Of a stretch of 64,000 nucleotides of DNA, positions 48,335 through 59,400 are shown piece by piece (the stretch's first letter is position 1; the number at the start of each line of letters is the position of its first letter). The notes below the pieces were generated by a model, which did not search any database, was not told where the DNA came from, and saw only the letters and a program-made list of their open reading frames with translations. The stretch is from Yuukianura sp. NJ FZ-2021. Its lineage: Eukaryota. Location of the stretch: the NCBI GenBank assembly GCA_046563655.1, contig CM102286.1, forward strand, positions 2,294,001 to 2,358,000, read 5' to 3'. The translations under genes were made by a program, and so were the position numbers.

Positions 48335-51334
48335 ATGGATTGCCAGAAGACGGAAATCTTATTATTAATTCTTATTCTCCAATTCTCAATTGGCTCAATG
48401 TCCCCTCCAATTCAGCCATCGGCCGTTCCTACAGGGACTCTAACACCGTCGAGCTCAACTACAAACACGGATCAGTGCTTGCGCCTTATAAACGAGATCA
48501 ATTTCGCAATGTTCGGTGCAACTTCAAAAATGTTTCTAGAGATTGCATTGTCTTGTAAGACACAACTTGTTGGGGATATTCTTATCACAAAAACGTTCGC
48601 AATGTTTATTGACATTTTAAGTCGGACACCTACTTCAATAGTAGACCTCAGCACGGAAAGAGTAAACAGCAACGGCGCATCAGGCGTTGCTCTATTTACA
48701 GTTGGGAACTACCGTGATTCAACAATCAACTTAGTTCTGCAATCCACTGTTACACCTCTCTCTGATAGGCCGACTTTAGTATTGCTGCTGTTTGTTCCAG
48801 ATTGGTCGGCGTCTAGATTCAGATCCGTCACGTCGCTGCCAGAATGGTTAAATAAACCTATTGATGATGGTAATCATATTAACAGAAATCGAAACAGAAT
48901 CGAATTATTTTTAACAAATATGGTCTCTCTACAGGAAGGAAGATTAATGCACTTAAGTTGGTTGCCGTCGACAAAATTGCGTATGGGAATATATGTGATT
49001 CTTTTTGTTTGGAATTCGTCTCGCAAATCTGGAAGGAATTCAAAGTTGATGTGGATCTGCTTCCCACTTCAGTCACGAGAGAAACACCACAAATAGATTC
49101 AGATGGCCATCCCATTGATATGTCCGTCAGTTATTGCGGGCCTATAACAAGAAAAAATCTAAAAGCGAAAGATCTCCAATTAACATTGCCGTCTCCTGGT
49201 GCACCAAATTTGTGTCAACAAAATTTGCATCAGCCCTTCAGTTTCGCAGGACACCCATTGCACGCTGATGCTCAAAAAATGATCGTTAATGCCTACAAGC
49301 TGTACGAGGCGATCGGCATCCCAGAGAAGTTACTTACAATTCCCCAAGTGACAATCTCGAAGGCTGTAGCAAAAACCGTAAACGTTCACGCTGCATCAGT
49401 GTACAAGGTCATAAAAAAGCACAACAGAGGAGAAACCCTGTCAACTCCAAAGAATATTAAATTTCGTTTGGGAAGCGTGCGAAAGCATATCGAAAGCTTC
49501 GAGGCTGACCATATACGCAGAATTATTATTGAGTTCTACAAAAACAACATCGCTCCAACGTTGCAACAGATTTTCAACGAGTTCATGCGTACCCGCCCTG
49601 GCTTTGTCTGCAGCAAACAAACGTTTCGCAAGATTTTACGGGGACTGAATTTTAGATACAAACGAATAAATCGCCGAGCCATGCTGATTCAACGAATGGA
49701 AGTGATCACATTAAGAGCAAAATACTTGCAAAAATTTATTCCAAACACGGAAAAGCCCGAAAGCGCTCAAGATGACTACATTTTTCTTGATGAAACGTAT
49801 TAATAAAGAATTTAAATTCTTAAACAAATCACACTGTTTATGAGAAATTTAACTGTTTTCACAAACTTTACAGATGGATTGATCCTTACTCCCGAATCGG
49901 TAAAGGTTGGATGCCTCGCCAATTGTTATCATTCAAGGAGACAAGCAACTTCGCATACTCTACTGAGAAAGGCACGGACACGCCGCGGCTAATTGTTTTG
50001 GCAGCTGTTGCTCCCGATGGAATTATAAAGGAAAGCATTCTTGCATACCACGTCTCTAAATCGAAAAAAAGCGCGGATTACCACGATAATATAAACTCCG
50101 CAAAATTTATGCAATGGTTCGAGCTTCTACTGCCTGTACTGGCACGAAGACAAATTGAAACAGGGCGCAAGCAAGTAGTTGTTATGGACAATGCTCCGGT
50201 AAGGAAAAATGTTTACGATTGGTAGTATTGATTTTAACGAGTCATTATGCGTTTCACAGTATCACTCGAGCTCCAACGCGCCTTTATTAAACGCAAACAA
50301 AGCAGCTCTGCAGGAGTTTTTAAAGAATGAGGTAGACAAACTGGCTGGTAGGCTCGGAGCAGATCCGTTACGGGCAATAAATGATATGCGCGTACCTCAG
50401 CTCAAGGCTTATGTCAGAGAGTTGAAAAAGCGATTCAACTACTACACTATTGATGCAATTGCTAAGCTGCATAACATTGAATTGATACGACAACCACCCT
50501 GGTAAGAAAGCAAACTGCTGAAAGTAATTCATGCATTTCAGTTCTAAATTTATAAATACGCATAATGGTTGACAGGAACCCGGATTTAAATGTAATCGAG
50601 TACATCTGGAACGACATCAAAAGGATCACGCGGTCACGGAATGAAAACATGAGTCGTGTGCAGCTTTTGGCTATAGTGATAGAGGAACTTCAAAAGTACC
50701 CTGCATCTGAAGTGGCGAAGAAATACGCACATGTTGCTCGGTAACGCCGTAAATTAATCTAAACGACTTAACACCTTTTTCATAACTTTGAACTTAATAA
50801 CTTCGTGTAGCGTAGCGAAGCAGTTCTACGTCGAGGATAACATTTTCTTTGAACCACCGCCTCACCCTCCTGTTGTGGTATGTTTATCACAGGGTAATTG
50901 GTTATACGCCAATACGTTCAGTCGTTTTTGTCTTTGGTTACAGATATGCCTAGGCGAAGATGAAGATGAGGACGATGATGGAATTCAGGAGGATGAACCC
51001 TTGATGATGCCGACGTTGGTGGAAGAGAGAGCATTATACGACGAGGACGAACCCACAGAAGACACTTACGAAAATATAGTAATGCCCGAACTGCAAATGG
51101 AGAATCCCATCTGGGAAGCAGAGCTGGCTATGAAGTAAGTGTAACTAACTAATAACAATTTATAAAATAAAATTCATCAATTATTAATCTTTTTAAAGGT
51201 TAACTTACGACTTATTTCATGGTCAAGCCGATGGAATTGCGGTTACGGATGTCCTGGATTGGGAGGAAATAGATAAACAGCAACACAAAAGGGCTAGGCA
51301 GGAGTACACATGTCCGTATTTCCCACCAGAATAG
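48335..51334 (+). CDS. Intron-containing DD91E transposase, 8 exons, ~840 aa
   Basis: Exons 48335-48869, 48935-49796, 49874-50198, 50260-50501, 50576-50740, 50811-50877, 50944-51134 and 51199-51334 join through GT-AG introns into one 2523-nt frame. HTH-like region VAKTVNVHAASVYKVIK...PTLQQIF..CSKQTFRKILRGLNFRYK. Catalytic motifs IFLDETW, DYHDNIN, VVVMDNAPYH, RQPPWNPDLNVIEYIW. The start codon and the last exon are the least certain parts. Confidence 0.8.
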
Positions 51335-51597
51335 AATGCATTTTTTTTATACATTATTAAACATTTTAAATTTTTTGTTACGTTTTTTTTAGTACTTTGT
51401 TTTTTTTTTTAAGTAATTCTAAAAGTAATTATGAAATTAGTTTATTTAATGCATGTCCATCTATGTTTGGGTGCACTATGTGACAGGTGAGCACAATACT
51501 GGGAACCCACTCTTAGGTTGATTAACAAGAGAAATCCAAAAGTACGTTTTCATTTCAGTTTGTTTCTGGACAACAGTGTGCTAGGGTCGAAGGAAAA

Positions 51598-51900
51598 ATG
51601 GCTAATTGCCACGAAATTGTTACACCAATCGTTTGTGTAATGAACAAATGTGGCTGGGACGGTTCCTCATGCATTGAGAAGAAGACTATCTCTGAGATAG
51701 TCGGAAACAACGTAATCATTTACAAAGATAACGACGAAGTACTTTCAAAATCTGAGTTGGTCTATTCCGTATTGAGTAAGTCATATAAAACGTTGTTGAT
51801 AGTTAAGGTTCATTCCTTCATTTTTAAACCTAATGACGTCATTTTTAAACCTAATGACTTTAGTATGTCGAGAAAACGTTGATGCCACAGCAGTATCAAG
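51598..51900 (+). CDS. 5' fragment of a second, unidentified gene inside the transposon insert
   Basis: ATG at 51598 (aaaaATGG), exon to a gtaagt donor at 51776, acceptor tttag at 51863. The frame continues ICRENVDATAVSR up to the junction with USP34 sequence. No family recognised. Confidence 0.4.
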
Positions 51901-54033
51901 GTGTGGAGAAAAATAGTTTTTTGCTCGCCATACTTTCGGATTTTGAATTCAATCATAACAAGTTTTTGTTTTGTAAACAGAAGAGAAACTGAAGAAAATG
52001 CCAGTTAAGAAGGAGGGTGAAGAGGAAGTAATTCCGGCTGCAACAGCTGAAGTCGAGGAAGACGACGAGGATTGTCTGGAGTATGATTTGATTGGAGTCA
52101 CTGTCCACACTGGAACTGCTGATGGAGGTCACTACTACTCTTTTATTCGAGATCGCGTTTCCCCTAACAAGGACAAATGGTATTTGTTCAATGATGCTGA
52201 AGTGAAACCTTTCGACCCTAATCAAATTGCTGCCGAGTGCTTTGGTGGAGAAATGAGCGTAAGTCGTAATCGAAATTATTGAACTTTGAACTGATTTTCT
52301 TTGTTTAGATCTTGTTTCCATAATCTGAAATGAATTTGATCTGGTCACGGACAAGTTTATGGATTTTAGTTTCGAGAAAACGAATAGCGCTTGCATGCTG
52401 TTCTATGAAAGACGCACCTCTTCAGCTCAATTCGTACCTGGGACATTGGTACCGGCTTTACCTGGTGGATCTTCTCAGCGTCACCACCAATCACAAATTG
52501 TGCCTACACAAACTTTCGAACTAAGCAAGGAACTGGAAGACTGGATTTGGCAAGATAATACGCACTTTCTGAGAGACAAGAATATTTTTGAGCATACCTA
52601 CTTCAAGTAAGGGCCGTGGGGTTGAATTGTGGAGTTTGGAGTTACAGGATTTGGTCAATGGAAATTTATGTTTCAGTTTTATGTGGCAAATTTGTGGATA
52701 CATTCCACAATCACTGGTAGCCGAGGAGGACGTGTCCCTACTCGCTGCCAAGCTGTCTGTTACGTTCTTCTTGGAGACTTTCATTCATGCCAAGGAGAAA
52801 CCGACAATGGTGCAATGGGTCGAACATTTGACAAAGCAGCTCTCAGCGTCGCAAAGTGCAGCGGCGTGGTTTCTAGATCATATGGGTGAAACGGATTGGT
52901 GGCCAGTTCAAATCCTGCTGAAGTGTTCTAAATCAAATTGTGCGACAAATGTTTCAACGTCTCTGCATTCATGATGTGCAGCAAGTCAGGTAAGATGTTA
53001 TAGTTTTAAGCTGAATTTTCTGAAAATAAATTATGCAATTGCAATGTTTTTGCAGCCGAGCCCACCATGTTTCTCTTCTGTATCCGAAACCATTTGTGGA
53101 TCAGCCTGGGGATCCAGATGCCCTCACTATTGCGGAATACACAAACTATTCTTGCATTACAAGATTCATCAAACGATTACTTTCATTGGTAAGAACCAAA
53201 TACAGGAATTATATGAGATAGAGGTGTATAGTACGCGTGTGAAACTAAAATACAATGTTTTTTGATGCAGTTGGAACATGGTGCCAAGCAGTACTTGAAG
53301 AACTTGACTGAATACTTTACGCTATTACACGACTTTAGCAAGTTGGGAGATGAAGAGTGCCTTTTCTGATAAACATGGATGCTAACACGGTCATGGTCAA
53401 CTTTTATTTGGGAAAGAAGGAGGATCCGGTAAGCAAATCTTCGTCTTTTAGGAAAAAAATTTTCAAGTGCAATTTTTTTCGTAATTTAATTCAGATTGAA
53501 CATGGAAGCGAAGAAGAAGAGGAAGAGGAGGAAGTGGTGTGTATTCCTGCAGAAAAGAACAAAGTGACTTCTCTGGAAAAGATGATTGCATTAGTTGCAA
53601 TTTTAGTGTAGAAATCTCGGGATGATTCAAATCATCTTAAATTGTCACCGAATGATATGAACTCTCTCACTGGAAATGTGAAAGGACCGCCAGATCAGGT
53701 AAAGCCTTCCTTGGATTGAAAATTTATGTAAAACGCGTGTTTCTGAATTCTTGTTTTTTTCTTTAAATTGTAGAAGTTCCAGTTTATTCTTCAGCAAATT
53801 CGAGATGGAATTACTTTGCAAAGTACAAGGAATAGGATCTTCTCGCTGTGTCGCTGGAATGAACCATTAGCAAGAGATATTGTTGGTGCCATTATTAGTA
53901 CCATACGGAAGTTTTAATTTTGGAGGGAACGTATGTTTCAGTTTATCGGCTTATTTTTTACGATTGTTTTTTTTTTTGGTTAATTTTTTTTTGGTGCGAA
54001 ACAAAAGTAATTAGATAATTAAATGGAATTAAC

Positions 54034-54140
54034 TAATATTAATATATATATATTATATATATATATATCTATATTAATATATATATATTATATATATATA
54101 TATCTATATTAATATATATATATTATATATATATATATAT
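54034..54140. repeat. AT microsatellite-rich tract with ~35-bp higher-order unit
   Basis: tattaatatatatatattatatatatatatatcta is repeated about 3 times. Confidence 0.9.
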
Positions 54141-54250
54141 CTGCGCACAACCTGCGCAACAGCACACAAACTGCGCAACAGCGCACAACCTGCGCAACAG
54201 CCCACAAACTGCGCAACAGCGCACAACCTGCGCATGACAAGTTTTCACTT
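54141..54250. repeat. 19-bp minisatellite tract (copy 1)
   Basis: Unit caacctgcgcaacagcgca, about 5 copies, ending in atgacaagttttcactt. Confidence 0.9.
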
Positions 54251-55347
54251 GTTTATATTTTTATGGGAATATTTTTTTGGGAATATTTTTTGACTCGATT
54301 TTGACAACGTAAAATTCTTATCTAGGCGCTCCATAATTTACATACTATGCATCACGAAGCTACCGCTTGCCATGTGACTGGAGAAATTGTTGACCTTCTG
54401 AATCTGATCAGCAGCATTCTGCATAGTTTTCGAGCCAGAGATGTTCCTCAGCCAGTGCAGGTTTACGGGTCCAGTGAAGCAGTACAGATTCACAAGATTA
54501 TTGGGGCTTGTAAGGAGTGGCCAGAAGTTTTACGGAAGCTTGCTACTTTCCTCAACACTTACAACAGTGCTGAACTCAGGGTAGCTGCCATTGGTGAGTT
54601 TAGTTACTAGTACGTAGCTTACGACACGATCCTCTCCCGTTTATAATGTTTTCATTTGCCTTTTTTGCAGATACTATGACTGAATTCCTTTACCTGATGC
54701 CCTTGGACACGCTAAAGACGTTAGTTCCGTTGATGAGTCATTGTCACAGTGCTTACCAAGATGCTCAAAATACCGGGATGGGACCAGCTCTTGGTCCTAC
54801 CTTTCCAAAACGGACTCATCATACACACGGAGTCCCCATCAAGCCGTCCGTGAGACCGCCGCGGCCTATGCTCCAAATGGCTATACCACATCTAAACAGA
54901 GATTCTAGCAGAGAGCGGGCAGGATATAAGGTGATAACAGATTTTACATTGGTGAGGAATGTTGGTATAACTTTTTAACGGGGTACGGAATTCTTTTTAG
55001 GGATTTGAGGATGAATACGATCACCAACTTCGGGAATTTTATGCTCCATATCATGTCTTCGTAGACTTGATGTGTCGCTTTGCCTTCTTGAAGGATTTCA
55101 TTACCCAAGAATTAATCGCGTTGAGTGCAATGGTAGGCTACGAAGGGGCTCCACTTCGTATGGTCCACTTCCCAAAGTTGTGGACGGAAGTCAAAAAATC
55201 TCCGGTAACAAGCTCGCGAAACACATATCTGATATCAGTGAAGCTAAACTAGCGTTATTTGTTGAATATTTTCAGAATATTGACCGAAAGTACTTGCAAA
55301 TACTAGTCAACACAACCCATTTTACTGACTATGTCGAACTATGTCGA

Positions 55348-55500
55348 ACACAACCTGCGCAACAGCGCACAACCTGCGCAACAGCGCACAACCTGCGCAA
55401 CAGCGCACAACCTGCGCAACAGCGCACAACCTGCGCAACAGCGCACAACCTGCGCAACAGCGCACAAACTGCGCATGACAAGTATGACAAGTTTTCACTT
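55348..55500. repeat. 19-bp minisatellite tract (copy 2)
   Basis: The same unit at 55351, 55370, 55389, 55408, 55427 and 55446, also ending in atgacaagttttcactt. Confidence 0.9.
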
Positions 55501-56465
55501 AAGTTTTCCTCTATTTTCAGATTTGCAATCCCTTCTTCAAAGTGCTTACTTTGTTGTCTGAATTGGGAGGAATGCCACCAGGAATGCCGCCGTTTACTGA
55601 CTTCATCTTAGGCAAGATTTTGGATGTAATCGAGTGTTGTGCGTATCCAACACTGGAGTGGTTGGCCTCACAGGTTCGGTTTCATCTTCTTGTTAAAAAT
55701 TATAAAATAGAACATGTGAAATGCTTATAATAACGAATTTCTTCTCCTTTTACAGGTTCCACGGAACAAAACTGTTCAAGCCTGGTGTCTCGACACAATG
55801 GGGACTTGGACGGAACATTTTCTTCTAAGTCATTCGCAACAACGTGTCAGAAATGGTAATGCGATTGAAAAACCTCCATGATGACATGAGACAATGTACT
55901 AATACCTTCTTTTTTAATAAATCTGTTACTGGGAACTAGGAGCCGCATCACTTCTTGTGTCTGTTGTGCCAAATCAGGCATTCCGTCAAGGGTTCCGCAG
56001 TTCTAAAATATTCACGGGTCACCATTGCAGGGAAAATTACTCTCTGAGTCCAGAAGCTCTCGGTATTTTGCATACCGTAAGTTATTGTTATGTGCTATAT
56101 ATGGTTATATCGTGTGAGTTTTAAGTGATGTGAAGATGAATATGTTTCTCTTTGTTTATCTGTTACAGATTTATTTGAGACTATTGAATCTACTGAAGCC
56201 TGCAAAACATTACACGGATCCAGCAACCCATGGAACGACAAAGCTCACTGGTTACTTTGCCGTCCTCTCCTCACCTACTTTACCATTTCGAAGGCAGAAA
56301 GGCTGCTCGTAAGTTAGACAATAAGCTGTCACCATTAGAAAGCGCGGCTTTTCATGCATAGCTGATTTATTTTGTTGCAGTTTGGCCAGTATTTCTTGGA
56401 TTTGTGGAACCTCTTCCACCCGAAATTATCTGAACCTGCAATTTCATATTGCAGTGCATGCAGTT

Positions 56466-59400
56466 ATTTGAAGTGTGAAGGTGGCTTTAGTGAAAAAATC
56501 TCAAATGACGCATTTTTTGAAGTGTGAAAGTGGCTTTAGTGAAAAAATCTCAAATGACACATTTCTTGAAGTGTGAAAGTGGCTTTAGTGAAACTAAACG
56601 CGTTGCAGCTTAAAGGCTAACACAAACAACAGCATCAACATAGGCTAACCATAGCCATAACATAGCAACAACATAGGTTAAACATAGCCATAACATAGCA
56701 ACAACATTGGCTGAACATAGCCATAACATAGCGACAACATTGGCTATACATAGCCATAACATAGCAACAACATTGGCTATACATACCCATAACATAGCAA
56801 CAACATTGGCTGAACATAGCCATAACATAGCAACAACATTGGCTATACCAAGGCAACTAAACAAAATGACACACCGCATTATAAGGTAGTCTCACGAGCG
56901 GTTTTTTCAGCTTTTTTTGCGATATTTTTTAGTGGGGCGGATTTGCTAAGTTTCCAAGGAAATAAGAATTTATAAAATTCGTGCAAAGGTTGGTTGAGGT
57001 AACAATGAGGTGTTACCTGCAACCAGTGTTTAGTATTCAACACAAAATCGACAATTTGCCATTGACCTGCATTGAATTCTTAGCAATTATAAGCATAAAA
57101 CTGATATTATTGCATCTTCTAATCCTAAAACAAGTCTAAGCCATTGGTCCGACGATTGGTTGGACTGGGTGGTTACAATAGAGCAATTTACTTTGTATTT
57201 CGACCAAGGAGTGCACGAAAGAAAACGTTGTCACAGAAAACTTAAAAACAAACAATCCGCCCCACTATAAATTTACACAAAAAAAGCCGAAAAAACCGCT
57301 CGTGAGACTACCTTAGTAATGCGGTGTGTCTTTTTGTTTAGTTGCCTTGGGCTATACATACCCATAACATAGCAACAACATTGGCTGAACATAGCCATAA
57401 CATAGCAACAACATTGGCTGAACATAGCCATAACATAGCAACAACATTGGCTGAACATAGCCATAACATAGCAACAACATAGCCACAACATAGCCACAAC
57501 ATAGTCACAACATAGTCTAAACACAGCCACAACATAGTCAGAGCACAGCATAGTTAAGAGCTCAAGGTGCACAACATTTTTATGGAAACGGTTTTTTCAC
57601 ATTTGGTGCAATTGTGCACAAAAAGGCCCCACATCTGAACTGAAAATTATGAGCGACGTTTCGTTGCTTAAATCTCGTGAAAAAGGCTTCCTAATATTTT
57701 CCTTGAACCGGTTCACGGACAGCCGGTCTAGAAGCCGTATCAATTGTCAACGCCCTTCAGAAGAAAAATGCTCAACCCTTGAGCATCACCCTACCTTGTT
57801 CTGAAGTGTGAAAGTGGCTTTAGTGAAAAAATCTCAAATGACGCATTTTTTGAAGTGTGAAGGTGGCTTTAGTGAAAAAATCTCAAATGACGCATTTTTT
57901 GAAGTGTGAAGGTGGCTTTAGTGAAAAAATCTCAAATGACGCATTTTTTGAAGTGTGAAAGTGGCTTTAGTGAAAAAATCTCAAATGACACATTTCTTGA
58001 AGTGTGAAAGTGGCTTTAGTGAAACTAAACGGGTTGCAGCTTAAAGGCTAACACAAACAACAGCATCAACATAGGCTAACCATAGCCATAACATAGCAAC
58101 AACATAGGTTAAACATAGCCATAACATAGCAACCACATTGGCTGAACATAGCCATAACATAGCGACAACATTGGCTATACATAGCCATAACATAGCAACA
58201 ACATAGCCACAACATAGTCACAACATAGCAACAACATTGGCTAAACATAGCCATAACATAGCAACAACATTGGCTATACATACCCATAACATAGCAACAA
58301 CATTGGCTGAACATAGCCATAACATAGCAACAACATTGGCTGAACATAGCCATAACATAGCAACAACATTGGCTGAACATAGCCATAACATAGCAACAAC
58401 ATAGCCACAACATAGTCACAACACAGTCTAAACACAGCCACAACATAGTCAGAGCACAGCATAGTTAAGAGCTCAAGGTGCACAACATTTTTATGGAAAC
58501 GGTTTTTTCACATTTGGTGCAATTGTGCACAAAAAGGCCCCACATCTGAACTGAAAATTATGAGCGACGTTTCGTTGCTTAAATCTCGTGAAAAAGGCTT
58601 CCTAATATTTTCCTTGAACCGGTTTACGGACAGCCGGTCTAGAAGCCGTATCAATTGTCAACGCCCTTCAGAAGAAAAATGCTCAACCCTTGAGCATCAC
58701 CCTACCTTGTTCTGAAGTGTGAAAGTGGCTTTAGTGAAAAAATCTCAAATGACGCATTTTTTGAAGTGTGAAGGTGGCTTTAGTGAAAAAATCTCAAATG
58801 ACGCATTTTTTGAAGTGTGAAGGTGGCTTTAGTGAAAAAATCTCAAATGACGCATTTTTTGAAGTGTGAAAGTGGCTTTAGTGAAAAAATCTCAAATGAC
58901 GCATTTTTTGAAGTGTGAAAGTGGCTTTAGTGAAAAAATCTCAAATGACACATTTCTTGAAGTGTGAAAGTGGCTTTAGTGAAACTAAACGGGTTGCAGC
59001 TTAAAGGCTAACACAAACAACAGCATCAACATAGGCTAACCATAGCCATAACATAGCAACAACATAGGTTAAACATAGCCATAACATAGCAACAACATTG
59101 GCTGAACATAGCCATAACATAGCGACAACATTGGCTATACATAGCCATAACATAGCAACAACATAGCCACAACATAGTCACAACATAGCAACAACATTGG
59201 CTAAACATAGCCATAACATAGCAACAACATTGGCTATACATACCCATAACATAGCAACAACATTGGCTGAACATAGCCATAACATAGCAACAACATTGGC
59301 TGAACATAGCCATAACATAGCAACAACATTGGCTGAACATAGCCATAACATAGCAACAACATAGCCACAACATAGTCACAACACAGTCTAAACACAGCCA

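Larger units (their letters stand above)
47823..51902 (+). mobile_element. ~4.1-kb IS630/Tc1/mariner (Sailor/DD82E-like) DNA transposon inserted in a USP34 exon, right end apparently deleted
   Basis: The USP34 frame stops at ...LDMSGY (47822) and resumes as VEK at 51903. The insert begins TA-CTGGGTCTCCCCAGACCGACG and encodes a DDE transposase. No matching right TIR was found. Confidence 0.82.
39886..56450 (+). pseudogene. USP34: Ubiquitin carboxyl-terminal hydrolase 34 (USP34 / puffyeye) pseudogene, 3'-truncated
   Basis: USP34-type motifs: WTQRQCSCCF, STLTMRLSG, FGPNLHVEVIKQS, Cys box GLTNLGATCYMASCMQH (46853-46903), His box VHTGTADGGHYYSFIRD / WYLFNDAEV, HEATACHVTG, PKLSEPAI. Disablers: in-frame TGA at 43571 inside a 54-bp insertion; frameshifts at ~45955, ~46903, ~52930, ~53360 and ~56270; nonsense TAG at 53609; TE insertion at 47823; lost acceptor at ~52330; cut off by satellite at ~56450. 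Confidence 0.9.

Noticed and set aside
48340..48558. 72-aa ORF as an alternative first exon of the transposase
   Set aside because: It starts at TTG with an in-frame TGA just upstream. The overlapping frame from ATG 48335 is open through to the 48869 donor and was preferred, though RNA data are needed.
53609..53611. In-frame TAG as possible stop-codon readthrough or recoding in USP34
   Set aside because: It is surrounded by frameshifts and deletions, so a simple GAG>TAG nonsense mutation in a pseudogene is more parsimonious.
55072..55611. 179-aa ORF with TCATAHNLRNSAQPAQQR repeats
   Set aside because: It is a chimera of off-frame USP34 exon, intron and the 19-bp minisatellite.
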